This document shows positions 26,647 to 36,589 of a DNA stretch of 64,000 nt, in pieces; the stretch's first letter is position 1; each line of letters opens with the position of its first letter. The notes under the pieces were generated by a model, which saw nothing but the letters and a program-made list of their open reading frames with translations, searched no databases and was not told where the DNA came from. The position numbers and the translations under genes are program-made. Source of the stretch: Acidobacteriaceae bacterium (GTDB lineage: Bacteria > Acidobacteriota > Terriglobia > Terriglobales > Acidobacteriaceae); assembly GCA_051001135.1 (NCBI GenBank), contig JBPCNO010000047.1, positions 972 through 64,971 of the forward strand, given 5' to 3'.

Positions 26647-26694
26647 GCGCCGGATGCGGTGAACTAAACCGGAAGGCTGTTGAGGGAATCGACG

Positions 26695-27879
26695 ATGCAG
26701 GATGCAGTGGTGGTCAGCGCGGTGCGCACGCCGGTGGGCAAAGCCGGAAAGGGAAGCCTGGCTGCCACGCGGCCGGATGATCTGGCCGCGGTGGTGCTCC
26801 GCAGCGCGTTGGAGCGCGCGCCGGGAGTTGATGCGCAGGAGATCGAGGATGTGATTTTAGGCTGCGCCATGCCGGAGGCGGAGCAGGGATTGAATGTGGC
26901 GCGCATGGCCTCTCTGCGCGCCGGCCTTCCGGTTACGGCCTCAGCCATCACCGTCAATCGTTATTGCGCCTCCGGATTGCAGGCGATCGCGTATGCGGCC
27001 GACCGCATCCGCACCGGCGGCGCGAGCGCTGTGCTGGCCGGTGGCACCGAATCCATGAGCATGGTGCCGATGGGAGGGCATCGTGTCAGCGCCAATCCCT
27101 GGCTGGTCGAGAACCATCCGGAGAGCTATCTTTCGATGGGCTTGACGGCGGAGAGGGTCGCCGAAAAGTACGGCATCTCCCGCGAGCAGATGGATGCCTT
27201 TTCTCTGCAGAGCCATCAACGGGCGCTGGCGGCCACGGCGAGCGGGGCGTTTGCCGACGAGATCGTAACTGTGCCGGTAACACATAAAACCACTCAGCCG
27301 AATACGACCAAGCTCCAGGACCGCAGGCTCGAGTTCAGGGCCGATGAGGGGCCGCGCGCGGACACCTCGCTCGAAGCATTGGCAAAACTCAAGCCTGCCT
27401 TTCACGTCCAAGGCACGGTGACGGCGGGAAACTCCTCGCAGACCTCGGACGGCGCGGCCGCGGCGTTACTGCTTTCGAGCGATCGCGCACGGGAATTGGG
27501 ATTGCAACCGCTGGCCCGGTTTGTCGCATACGCGACCGCCGGCTGCGCTCCGGAGATCATGGGCATCGGGCCGGTGACCGCCATCCCCAAGGCGCTGGCG
27601 GCTGCAGGGCTCAAGCTCGCAGACATCGGGCTAATCGAATTGAACGAGGCGTTTGCGGCGCAATCGCTCGCCGTGATCCAACAGCTTGGGCTCGATCCGG
27701 AGCGGGTCAATGTGCATGGAGGCGCCATCGCGCTGGGGCATCCGCTCGGCTGCACCGGCGCGAAACTCACCGCAACGCTGCTGCATGAGATGAAGCGGCG
27801 CGGCATCCGCTACGGCATGGTGACGATGTGCGTGGGCGGTGGCATGGGCGCCGCGGGCATCTTCGAGAATCTGAACTGA
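26695..27879 (+). CDS. Acetyl-CoA C-acyltransferase (3-ketoacyl-CoA thiolase)
   Basis: Start ATG 26695 ([17 protein letters not shown]). Active-site Cys in [12 protein letters not shown]. Also [34 protein letters not shown] and CVGGGMGAA. Confidence 0.9.
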   Translation: MQDAVVVSAVRTPVGKAGKGSLAATRPDDLAAVVLRSALERAPGVDAQEIEDVILGCAMPEAEQGLNVARMASLRAGLPVTASAITVNRYCASGLQAIAYAADRIRTGGASAVLAGGTESMSMVPMGGHRVSANPWLVENHPESYLSMGLTAERVAEKYGISREQMDAFSLQSHQRALAATASGAFADEIVTVPVTHKTTQPNTTKLQDRRLEFRADEGPRADTSLEALAKLKPAFHVQGTVTAGNSSQTSDGAAAALLLSSDRARELGLQPLARFVAYATAGCAPEIMGIGPVTAIPKALAAAGLKLADIGLIELNEAFAAQSLAVIQQLGLDPERVNVHGGAIALGHPLGCTGAKLTATLLHEMKRRGIRYGMVTMCVGGGMGAAGIFENLN

Positions 27880-27927
27880 CTGGCAGTGAGACAGCGACAG
27901 CGTCGATAGCAAAACGGGAGAGGCCGA

Positions 27928-29742
27928 ATGGCGACGGTAGCGGCAGGCAAGACTTCGATGCGGGCGAAGGCAGCAGCGGGCGGCAGCTTTCTTCTGGAAG
28001 AACGCACGCCGGAGGAGATCTTCACGCCCGAGGACTTCACCGAGGAGCAACGGCAGATCGGCGAGACGACGCACGCCTTCTGCGCAAAAGAAGTAGTGCC
28101 CGCCGCCGCCGCTATCGAGGCCAAGGACTTCACCGTCACGCTCGGGTTGCTGCGCAAAGCGGGCGAACTGGGGCTGATGGCCGTCGATGTGCCGGAGGAG
28201 TACGGCGGCCTGGCGATGGATAAGGTCACCTCCGCGCTGGTGGCGGAGTGCAACTCGCAGCTCGGAAGTTTTTCCGTCGCCTTCAGCGCGCATACCGGCA
28301 TCGCCATGCTGCCGTTGATCTGGTATGGCACGGCGGAGCAGAAGCAGCGTTATCTCGAAAGGCTGGCGACGGCCGAGTGGATGGGAGCGTACGCGCTATC
28401 GGAGGCGTCCTCCGGCTCGGACGCGATGAATATCCGCACCCGCGCCGTGCTCTCGGACGATGGCAGCCACTATCTGTTGAACGGCGAGAAGATGTGGATC
28501 TCGAACGCCGGATTCGCCGACCTGTTCACCGTCTTCGCCAAGGTGGACGGCGAGAAGTTCACCGCATTCCTGGTCGAGCGCAGCTTTGCCGGCGTCAAGA
28601 TCGGCGCGGAGGAACACAAACTCGGCATCCGCGGATCGTCCACCTGCCCGCTGGTGCTCACCGATTGCAAAGTGCCAGTGGACAACCTGCTGGGGGAGAT
28701 CGGCAAGGGCCACCACATCGCCTTCAACATTCTGAATGTAGGCCGCTACAAGCTGGCGGCCGCGGCCGTGGGCGGCGCGAAGACATCGTTTGAACACACG
28801 CTCCGCTATGCCAAAGAGCGCAAGGCCTTCGGCAAGACCATCGCGGAGTTCGGCCTGATTCAGCAGAAGATCGCAGAGACGGCGGTGGGCATCTATGTGG
28901 GCGAGAGCATGACGTACCGGACCGTGGGCATGATCGATGCGGCACTCGCCACGCTCGAAGGAGAGGCCGCGCACAATCCCAAGGAGATCGGCAAGCGCAT
29001 CGAGGAGTACGCCGTGGAGTGTTCCATGCTCAAGGTGTGGGCCTCGGAGATGCTGGACAGAGTGGTCGATCACATGGTGCAGATTTACGGCGGATACGGT
29101 TACGTCGAGGAGTATCCGGCGGAGCGGGCGTATCGCGATTCGCGCATCAACCGCATCTTCGAAGGAACCAACGAGATCAATCGCATGATCATCACCGGAT
29201 GGCTGATGAAGCGCGCCATGACCGGCAGACTCGCGTTGTTGCCGGCCATCAAGAAGCTCATGGAAGAGGTCATGGCTCCACCGGCGTTTCGCAGTGGCGG
29301 CGAGGAGACCGACCCGCTTGCCCCCGAGGCCGCGGTGCTGGCAAGTCTCAAAAAAATCGCGCTCCTCCTGGCGGGCGCCGCATCGCAGCGCTACATGCAG
29401 GCGCTCGCCGATCAGCAGGAGATCATGGCCGATTTGGCCGACGTGATCATGCAGGTGTACGCCCTCGAATCCTCCTTGCTGCGGGCGCAGAAGATGGGCG
29501 CAGGCGGTGCGAAGGCGCAGGCCGCAACGGCCGAGGCGATGGTTCGCGTGTTTGCCGCAGATGCGTTGGCTATCGTCGATCGCGCAGCCAAGCGCATTCT
29601 GCCTGCAGTTGCCGAAGGTGACATGTTGCGCACGCAGATGGCGATCCTGCGCCGCCTGACCAAGCATGAGCCCGCGAACACGATCGCGCTGGGGCGTGTG
29701 GTGGCGCAGCGGATGCTGGATGCAGGGGAGTACCGCTTGTGA
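27928..29742 (+). CDS. Acyl-CoA dehydrogenase (long, FadE-like, with C-terminal extension)
   Basis: 604 aa. GAYALSEASSGSDA, WISNAGFADLFTVFAK, and QIYGGYGYVEEYPAERAYRDSRINRIFEGTNEI (ACAD C-terminal signature). Confidence 0.85.
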   Translation: MATVAAGKTSMRAKAAAGGSFLLEERTPEEIFTPEDFTEEQRQIGETTHAFCAKEVVPAAAAIEAKDFTVTLGLLRKAGELGLMAVDVPEEYGGLAMDKVTSALVAECNSQLGSFSVAFSAHTGIAMLPLIWYGTAEQKQRYLERLATAEWMGAYALSEASSGSDAMNIRTRAVLSDDGSHYLLNGEKMWISNAGFADLFTVFAKVDGEKFTAFLVERSFAGVKIGAEEHKLGIRGSSTCPLVLTDCKVPVDNLLGEIGKGHHIAFNILNVGRYKLAAAAVGGAKTSFEHTLRYAKERKAFGKTIAEFGLIQQKIAETAVGIYVGESMTYRTVGMIDAALATLEGEAAHNPKEIGKRIEEYAVECSMLKVWASEMLDRVVDHMVQIYGGYGYVEEYPAERAYRDSRINRIFEGTNEINRMIITGWLMKRAMTGRLALLPAIKKLMEEVMAPPAFRSGGEETDPLAPEAAVLASLKKIALLLAGAASQRYMQALADQQEIMADLADVIMQVYALESSLLRAQKMGAGGAKAQAATAEAMVRVFAADALAIVDRAAKRILPAVAEGDMLRTQMAILRRLTKHEPANTIALGRVVAQRMLDAGEYRL

Positions 29743-29760
29743 GCAGCGGCGGCGACGCCC

Positions 29761-30567
29761 TCAGTCTCGCGCTTTCGCGCGATCGAGAGAGGGCCAGGCC
29801 GGGCGGCGCTTCTCCAGAAACGATGCCAACCCTTCGCGGAAGTCTGCGGTTTGGCGCAAATCCGCGTTGGCCTGCACCGCGTCTTGGATCGCGCGATCCA
29901 GGCGTTCACGCGCCTGCTCGCTCAACAACCGCTTGGTTGCGCGCAGACTCTCTGGACTGTTGCGCAGGAGCAGTCGTGCCAGATCGTTCGCGGCGGGAAG
30001 CAGAGCGTCTGCCTCAACAATACGGGTCACCAGCCCCAGCGACAACGCCTCTGCCGCATCGATCAGACGCCCGGTGAGCAGCAGGTCGCGCGCGCGCTTC
30101 TCTCCCACCTGCGTGAGCAGATACGCGGATACGATTGCTGGAATAAAGCCGATGCGCACTTCCGTGTAGCCGAACTTCGCCTCCGGGGCTGCGAGGGTGA
30201 AGTCGCAGATGGTGGCCAGCCCCATGCCCCCGGCGACGGCCGCTCCGTTGACCGCAGCAACGGTGGGCAAAGGCAGATCGTAGAGCGTGCGCAGCAGCGT
30301 GGCGATAGCCTGCGAATCCGCAAGATGCTCCGCCGGCGTGCGCGTGGACATGACCTTCAGTTCTTCGAGATCGAGTCCGGAGCAGAACGCTTCGCCGGCG
30401 CCCGTCAGAATGACGACTCCGGCGCCGCTGCCGGCTGCGGCGGCTAGCGCGCGGGTCAGCTCGTCGATCATCTGTGCGGTGAGCGCGTTGCGCCGCGCAG
30501 GCCGGTTGAGCGCGAGGGTGAGCACGCGCTCCGCTTCTGTAACGAGAATGGTTTCAAATGTCTGCAT
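29761..30567 (-). CDS. Enoyl-CoA hydratase/isomerase family protein (methylglutaconyl-CoA hydratase-like by context)
   Basis: Start ATG 30567 (MQTFETILVTE...) inside ORF 29761-30792. Crotonase motifs: LNRPARRNAL, GAGEAFCSGLDL and AAVNGAAVAGGMGLATICDF. Confidence 0.85.
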   Translation of the reverse strand: MQTFETILVTEAERVLTLALNRPARRNALTAQMIDELTRALAAAAGSGAGVVILTGAGEAFCSGLDLEELKVMSTRTPAEHLADSQAIATLLRTLYDLPLPTVAAVNGAAVAGGMGLATICDFTLAAPEAKFGYTEVRIGFIPAIVSAYLLTQVGEKRARDLLLTGRLIDAAEALSLGLVTRIVEADALLPAANDLARLLLRNSPESLRATKRLLSEQARERLDRAIQDAVQANADLRQTADFREGLASFLEKRRPAWPSLDRAKARD

Positions 30568-30590
30568 AGGGTCCGGTGGTGAATGTCCGG

Positions 30591-31478
30591 CTATCGCCGC
30601 GCCGCTCCGTACTTTTCCGCGATGGCTCGGCTGGCATCGCTCAGCGCACTTAGCCCCGTGAGCTGCGGAAGCGATGCGCCGAGCTGCTGCAACTGCGCGA
30701 GCGCTTGCTCCGTGGCGATGTTGCCGACCAGCGTGTCCTGCGCAAAGGGGCAGCCGCCCAGCCCGCCAATCGCCATATCGAAGCGCCGGCATCCGGCGCG
30801 GTAGGCGGCCGCGACCTTCGCGTCCACGTCACCTGGACGGGCGTGGAGATGAACGCCGATCTCCAGGCCTTCGACCGTGCCCAACGCAGTTTCAAGCACC
30901 TGCTCGATCTGCTCCGGCGTCGCGAGGCCAACGGTATCGGCAAGCGAAATCTGCTCGAGACCGGAATCGGCCAGCAGATCGCATGCGGCCGCCACCTCCT
31001 CCACGCTCCAGGCATCGCCATAGGGGTTGCCGAAGGCCATGGAGACATAGGCCACCAGATCCAGCCCTCCTTTGTAGGCGAGGCCGCCGATCGCTTCGAG
31101 CGTGTCCAGCGCCTCTTCCGGTGTCTGCCGCTGGTTGCGCTCGAGGAAACCCGGCGAGATGGAGTAAGGGAAGCCGAGGGTCGTGACCGCTCCCGTGGCG
31201 ATGGCGCGCTCGGCGCCTTTGGCATTGACCACGATGCCGATGATCTCCGCATCCGCCGGCGGATCGAGCAGCGCGAGCACGCGTTCGGAGTCGGCCATCT
31301 GCGGTACCGCCGTAGGCGAGACGAAGGAGGCCGCGTCGATATGGCGGAAGCCGGCTTCAATGAGCAGGCGGAGGTAGTCGGCCTTCACCTCGGAGGGAAT
31401 CTCTTTGGGCAAACCCTGCCAGGCGTCGCGCGGGCACTCGATAACCTTGACTGCAGTGGATTTGGGCGTAGACGTCAT
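30591..31478 (-). CDS. Hydroxymethylglutaryl-CoA lyase
   Basis: Start ATG 31478 (MTSTPKSTAVKVIECPRDAWQG...) inside ORF 30591-32003. DRE-TIM lyase motifs: ECPRDAWQG, VHLHARPG and GGLGGCPFA. Confidence 0.85.
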   Translation of the reverse strand: MTSTPKSTAVKVIECPRDAWQGLPKEIPSEVKADYLRLLIEAGFRHIDAASFVSPTAVPQMADSERVLALLDPPADAEIIGIVVNAKGAERAIATGAVTTLGFPYSISPGFLERNQRQTPEEALDTLEAIGGLAYKGGLDLVAYVSMAFGNPYGDAWSVEEVAAACDLLADSGLEQISLADTVGLATPEQIEQVLETALGTVEGLEIGVHLHARPGDVDAKVAAAYRAGCRRFDMAIGGLGGCPFAQDTLVGNIATEQALAQLQQLGASLPQLTGLSALSDASRAIAEKYGAARR

Positions 31479-31531
31479 GACAGGGAAGAGTATCAGCAAG
31501 CGGCCGGATGTTGCCCGACAGCAGCGGCATT

Positions 31532-31948
31532 CTACATCTGCGCGAACAGCCACACCATGCCGAAGGCGAGTGCATGGAGGAGGACGATGGTGAGCATAGC
31601 GCGGAGCCACCCGAAGCGTCGCAGCACGAGTGCCGCGAGCAAGCCGTAGAGCGGAAATTGTGCGTACATGAGAATCTGCGCGATCGTATCTCCGGAGGCC
31701 TCCTGGATGCCGAGTTGAGGCTGGTGCACGAGCATCGCAAAAGGGTAGAGAAGTTGCAGACGCGTCATCCCCGCACTCCCAAGCAGGGGCAGAATCTCCG
31801 CATAACGCACCGCGAACGGTGTGGCGACGATGCCGGCGACCAATGGCAGCCAAAGCGCCCAGCGAGAACCGCCGATCTTGCGGTTGTTTTTTCTCGGGCG
31901 CGATGCTGCGGTTCTTTGCCGGGGAAGTTCGGGGGTACGCGTGGCCAT
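31532..31948 (-). CDS. Small hypothetical membrane protein
   Basis: 138 aa. Basic N-terminus followed by 3-4 hydrophobic segments (WALWLPLVAGIVATPF, LYGLLAALVL, MLTIVLLHALAFGMVWLF). No recognisable family. Sits between the HMG-CoA lyase and carboxyltransferase genes. Confidence 0.45.
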   Translation of the reverse strand: MATRTPELPRQRTAASRPRKNNRKIGGSRWALWLPLVAGIVATPFAVRYAEILPLLGSAGMTRLQLLYPFAMLVHQPQLGIQEASGDTIAQILMYAQFPLYGLLAALVLRRFGWLRAMLTIVLLHALAFGMVWLFAQM

Positions 31949-32010
31949 AGGTCGAGCATAGCGGGACTGAGAGGAAGATGCGTAGGGTGATGCCGGGAGG
32001 CATCTGACTC

Positions 32011-32149
32011 GACAGGTGTCAGGGTTCAGGTGTCAGGGTTCAGGGTTCAGAGTGAGTTTCGGCGTGTAGCGAATCCGGGTGCCCCATCCTGAGCGAAGCG
32101 AAGGGTGGGCCTCATGCGCCGAAGGCGCACCCCTGACCCCTGACCCTGT
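32011..32149. repeat. REP-like structured intergenic element: GTCAGGG(T)TCAGG heptad arms around a CCCATCCTGAGCGAAGCGAAGGGTGGG core
   Basis: The left arm (32011-32050) reads GACAGGTGTCAGGGTTCAGGTGTCAGGGTTCAGGGTTCAG. The right arm (32128-32149) CACCCCTGACCCCTGACCCTGT is its imperfect reverse complement. The core at 32079-32110 contains CCCATCC/GGGTGGG arms, plus a GCGCC-GAA-GGCGC hairpin at 32117-32129. Confidence 0.6.
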
Positions 32150-33949
32150 CTACGTCTGCAGCACACCGGGATTAAAGCGGGGGACGTCGGGATTCAGCGA
32201 GGCCGCTTCCAGCGCCGTGATCAGCGCGTCGCGTGTCCTGGCCGGATCGATGATGGCGTCCACCCACAGCCGAGCGGCGGCATAGCGAGAGTCGGTTTGG
32301 GCGTCATAGGTGGCCAGAATGCTGTCGCGAATCTCTTTCTTCTCCGCATCGCTCAGGTGCTTGCCGCCGCGTTCCAGCGCACGGATGCGGATCTCGACTA
32401 GCGTGCCCGCGGCCGAAGCGCCGGACATCACGGCATAGCGCGCCGTGGGCCACGCAAAGATGAAGCGCGGATCGTAGGCCTTGCCGCACATGGCGTAGTT
32501 GCCCGCACCAAACGATCCGCCGACGATGACGGTGATCTTGGGCACGGTTGAGGTCGAGACAGCCGAGACCATCTTGGCGCCCGATCGGATGATGCCCGTC
32601 CACTCCGCGTCGCGCCCCACCATGAACCCGTTGACGTCACAGAGAAAGATCAGCGGGATCAGGTTCTGGTTGCAATCCATGATGAAGCGTGCGGCCTTGT
32701 CGGCGCTTTCCGCATAGATGACGCCGCCAAACTCGATGCGCTTCTCCCCGGCGTGGCTGGTGTGCGGCTGGTGCATCTTCTGATTGGCCACGATGCCGAC
32801 GGCGCAACCGCCGACGCGCGCATAGCCGCAGATCAGCGTGCGTCCGTAGTCGGGCTTGTATTCGTCAAACTCCGAGCGGTCCACCAGCCGCGCGATGATC
32901 TCGTGCATGTCATAGGTGTTGCCGGAGGCGCGCGCCGGGTCCGGATCGATCAGGCTGTAGAGGTCTTCAGCGGAGTATTTCGGCGCGTCCTGTTTGGCGT
33001 CGAACCATGCGTGATCGAACGGCGCGCGCGGTCCATGGCCGAGCTTCGAAACCAGCGAACGTAACCGTGCAAGGCACAGATGATCGTTGGGCTCCTTGAA
33101 ATCCACGGTACCGGAGATCTCGGCGTGCATGGTAGCGCCGCCTAGCTCTTCGGCGGTATATTTCTGGCCGATGGCCGCTTCCACCAGCGCCGGCCCGGCG
33201 AGGAAGAGGCCGCTGCCTTCGGTCATCAGCACGTGATCGGTCATGACCGGCAGGTACGCGCCACCGGCCACGCACATACCCATGATGGCGGTGATCTGCG
33301 GAATGCCTTTCGCCGACATCACCGCATTGTTGCGGAAGATGCGGCCAAAGTCGTCCTGGTCGGGGAAGACATCCTCCTGCAGCGGAAGGAAGACGCCGGA
33401 GCTGTCCACCAGGTAGAGCGTGGGGATGTGGTTGTCCATGGCGATGTGCTGCGCGCGCAGCACCTTCTTCGCGGTCATGGGGAAGAACGCGCCGGCTTTG
33501 ACCGTCGCGTCGTTGGCGATGATCATGCAAAGGCGGCCGCTTACCCGCCCCAGCCCGCAGATCACGCCTGCCGAGGGCGCGCCGCCCCATTCTTCGTACA
33601 TGCCGAAGGCGGCGAACAGACCCAGTTCCAGAAACTCCGTCTCCGGGTCGAGCAGCAGTTGCAGTCGTTCGCGCGCGGTCAGCCGCTTTTTGGCGTGCTG
33701 GCTTTCGACGGCCTTCGCGCCTCCGCCCTCGCGGATCGCCGCCTCCTGCTGCCGCACGGCGGCGAGCAACGCCAGCATGCTTGCGGCGTTCGCTTGCGGT
33801 TTTTTGGCCTTCGGGTCAAGCTTCGAGGCGAGCGCGCTGTCCAGCTTCGCGGGCGTTAGGTCGGGGGGAAGGGGTGCAGTTTTGGGTGCGGCTGGTCTGG
33901 TGTCTGGTTTGGCTTCTGGCTGGCTCTCTGGCTTAATTTCTGGGTTCAT
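32150..33949 (-). CDS. Acyl-CoA carboxylase carboxyltransferase (beta) subunit, methylcrotonyl-CoA carboxylase-like
   Basis: 599 aa. Carboxyl-transferase N and C halves: IANDATVKAGAFFPMT, MGMCVAGGAYLPVMTD, CDVNGFMVG and GGSFGAGNYAMCG. A Pro/Lys-rich N-terminal extension of ~55 aa precedes them. Confidence 0.85.
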   Translation of the reverse strand: MNPEIKPESQPEAKPDTRPAAPKTAPLPPDLTPAKLDSALASKLDPKAKKPQANAASMLALLAAVRQQEAAIREGGGAKAVESQHAKKRLTARERLQLLLDPETEFLELGLFAAFGMYEEWGGAPSAGVICGLGRVSGRLCMIIANDATVKAGAFFPMTAKKVLRAQHIAMDNHIPTLYLVDSSGVFLPLQEDVFPDQDDFGRIFRNNAVMSAKGIPQITAIMGMCVAGGAYLPVMTDHVLMTEGSGLFLAGPALVEAAIGQKYTAEELGGATMHAEISGTVDFKEPNDHLCLARLRSLVSKLGHGPRAPFDHAWFDAKQDAPKYSAEDLYSLIDPDPARASGNTYDMHEIIARLVDRSEFDEYKPDYGRTLICGYARVGGCAVGIVANQKMHQPHTSHAGEKRIEFGGVIYAESADKAARFIMDCNQNLIPLIFLCDVNGFMVGRDAEWTGIIRSGAKMVSAVSTSTVPKITVIVGGSFGAGNYAMCGKAYDPRFIFAWPTARYAVMSGASAAGTLVEIRIRALERGGKHLSDAEKKEIRDSILATYDAQTDSRYAAARLWVDAIIDPARTRDALITALEAASLNPDVPRFNPGVLQT

Positions 33950-34006
33950 AGGAACCAGCCAGCATAGCAGCTTTGTGCATCGTTGAAGCGACGGCGCGGG
34001 GCTCCG

Positions 34007-34959
34007 CTAGCGCTTCGCCGCCTGAACCTTCCCGGCTACAGCGGATGGTCCAAACGCATACAGGTGCACTGTGTCGCCACTCAGGATGGCGAGGTGCGTG
34101 CCTGAGTCGGAGAGAGCAAAGCTCCTGCGAGTCACGGATCGGCTAGGTGTGCGCGTGGCGAAGATGCGCCTTCCGTCCTGGCTCCGGTAAACAGAGACCG
34201 CCAGGCTGTTCAGCGCCGAAGGCTGGAGTCCGGGACCATTGAAGGACACGGGATCATCTGCCTGGGCAACTCCAACGGCGAATGCCTTGCCTGACGAGGG
34301 AGCGCCCACATACATCAGCATCTGTGCGTTCGTCCCACTCCCTTTGAGCAGCGTGGCGCCATCCGGTCGCACAACCCTGTACCAGAAGCCAGTCTGATCC
34401 GCGACACAGCCGGTAACAAAGAGCAGGTCCGGCGGCAGCGTCGTGACGCCGGGATTGCATGCCGAGCTGACTGTCGTGATGCATCGGACCACGTGCGGCG
34501 ACCATCCTCGCGAAGGCGTCGCTCAATTCGTTTCGACTCAACTCATCGACAGGGTTGATGGCAGAAGGAGACTCCACTGCAACCAGCAGGGGGATGAGCG
34601 TTGCAGTCTCGGCTTTCGCGCAGCTCAACGGTTCGAACCGTATGCTTAGTTCATTGCGCGGAGCTTTGTCCTTGCGGCGTCCGACTGCGCTGATGGTTCC
34701 TTCAAGGGCCGTTCCGGCCCGCACAGTGCATCGGCCGCTATGCCACTCGGCCACGGTTTTGGCGAACACGGTGGCGCCCACGTTCGTCTGGCGGATGTCG
34801 ATACGTTTCAGCAGGACGGCGTGTGCGCCTGGGACTGCTTGCCCCTGCCCCCAAGACCTGAGTGGATGCGACGCTCGCCGAGAGGGCAAGCAAAACCCAT
34901 GCGGCGCGGGCAGGCAAGCGTCGCCGGATCCGCAAACCTGACTGGGAAGAGAGAGACAT
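34007..34959 (-). pseudogene. Secreted hypothetical protein gene split over three reading frames (two +1 shifts)
   Basis: Frame A from ATG 34959 gives MSLSSQSGLRIRRRLPARAAWVLLALSASVAS, a signal peptide. Frame B (ORF 34254-34889) gives AVPGAHAVLLKRIDIRQTNVGATVFAKTVAEW...AFARMVAARGP. Frame C (ORF 34007-34492) gives ...LFVTGCVADQTGFWYRVVRPDG...HLYAFG. Total length 953 nt = 317 codons + 2 extra bases. Confidence 0.45.
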
Positions 34960-35053
34960 GTGGAGGACTCCGACTGTACCGCTCACGCGTATGTCGCGCA
35001 ACCGTGCGGAAGGAGAGACGTTCGCGGCAGCCTCACGCTCAGCTCGGGCATGG

Positions 35054-35719
35054 TCAAGACTGTGCTTCGCTACTCGAATTCGATGACTTGGTTTCCTTTG
35101 AACTGCCCGCCAGATCGAGCGCCTCAGCGTTCGCCTGCATCGCCCGCAAGCAGAACCCAATGTGCTGGTCCAGATCGACGCCCAATTCCGCTGCGCCGTG
35201 GGTAATGTCGTCGCGGTTGACGCCGCGGGCAAAGGCCTTGTCCTTGAGCTTTTTGCGGACGCCCTTCACTTCCACGTCGTGGATGGACTTGGTCGGCTTG
35301 ATCAGCGCGCAGGCGGTGAGGAAACCGGCGAGCTCGTCACAGGCGAAGAGCGTCTTGTCCAGGTGCGAGACGCGCGGAGTTCCGGTGTACTCGGCGTGGC
35401 CCAGGATGGCGTGGCGCACCGCCTCCGGCCAGCCCTGCTCGCTGAGGATACGGTTGCCGACGTAGGGGTGTTCTTCGGCCGAGGGATGGCGCTCATAGTC
35501 GAAATCGTGCAGCAGGGCAGCGGTGGAGTAAAGCTCGACCCTCTCGACAGCCTCAGATCCCGACAGGCCCATCGCTGCCGCTTCGGCCTCTCCGTAGGCG
35601 ACCACGCACGTCTCCACCGCGAGCGCGTGCTTCAGCAGGCTGGGCGAGACGGTGTACTGGTTTAATAATTGCCAAGCGGCGTCTCGGTCGTGCTTTGCCG
35701 TGTTTTCGGCGTCTGTCAT
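35054..35719 (-). CDS. HD-domain metal-dependent phosphohydrolase
   Basis: Start ATG 35719 lies after AGGAG (ORF 35054-35827). LKHALAVE...AALLHDFDY (H...HD motif)...ILGHAEYTG. Confidence 0.75.
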   Translation of the reverse strand: MTDAENTAKHDRDAAWQLLNQYTVSPSLLKHALAVETCVVAYGEAEAAAMGLSGSEAVERVELYSTAALLHDFDYERHPSAEEHPYVGNRILSEQGWPEAVRHAILGHAEYTGTPRVSHLDKTLFACDELAGFLTACALIKPTKSIHDVEVKGVRKKLKDKAFARGVNRDDITHGAAELGVDLDQHIGFCLRAMQANAEALDLAGSSKETKSSNSSSEAQS

Positions 35720-35925
35720 GCGGCTCCTGTATGCGGTTCGGGTGTGGCGCTTGAGATGATGTGCGGGTTTGCTGGGGTTTTCCCGACTTTGCCCCGAAAG
35801 TTGTAGGTTTCCCACAAGGATTTTCACTTGACTACAAACTCATCGCTGAGTCACTGTAGACGAGCATTCGAACAGGCCCGCGAGTCTGTTCTGCAGGACG
35901 CCCGCTCTGGCGCTCCGTACAACTT

Positions 35926-36465
35926 ATGGCAACTACCTTAGCAACCGTCGAGGCGCGCGAGGTACTCCGTTGCGAACACTGCAGTCTGGTGCAATTCCGC
36001 ACCATCAACTCACTCTGCAGACGATGCCGTAAATCCCTTGAAATGGACGAGCCTGAGGTGGCGGCTCCGCACTTCATTCCGCGCGTCAGTGAACCGGCGG
36101 CGGAAGAGAAGGGCCTGCAGGTAGCGCGCGCGGTGCGCGATACCCGCCGCGGCCTCAACCTGAGCCAACGGCAGTTGGCCGGCCGCATGCAGGTGCCACG
36201 CACCTACATCTCGAAGATTGAGAACGGCAAGGCGATGCCCACGCTCTCTTCACTCGAGCGGCTGGCGAACGCGCTGGATGTGAAGATGTGTGACCTGCTG
36301 CACGATGCGCGCAGCCGCCAGCACGAAGAGACGGCCGCGATCTTCGCCGAGCCATTCCTGGCCGAGATTGCGCCGTTCATCTCGCAGTTGGACGCGCTGC
36401 AGCGGTCGATGTTCCTGAACCAGGTGCGGGACATGGCGCTGGGGCGGCGTCGCAACCTGGCCTAG
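35926..36465 (+). CDS. XRE-family helix-turn-helix regulator with N-terminal CxxC-x11-CxxC zinc-ribbon-like motif
   Basis: CEHCSLVQFRTINSLCRRC at the N-terminus. HTH_3: VRDTRRGLNLSQRQLAGRMQVPRTYISKIENGKAMPTLSSLERLANAL. Confidence 0.75.
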   Translation: MATTLATVEAREVLRCEHCSLVQFRTINSLCRRCRKSLEMDEPEVAAPHFIPRVSEPAAEEKGLQVARAVRDTRRGLNLSQRQLAGRMQVPRTYISKIENGKAMPTLSSLERLANALDVKMCDLLHDARSRQHEETAAIFAEPFLAEIAPFISQLDALQRSMFLNQVRDMALGRRRNLA

Positions 36466-36589
36466 AACCTCATTTTGCCAGACGCGGCCGCGGTCTCTCC
36501 CTGCGGCCGCGTCCGGCCGTGTGTGCGCTGGCCCTCCGTGCGATTGCGACGGATGGAAGCCATGTGCTACGGTCGAAGGCTGAGGGGCA

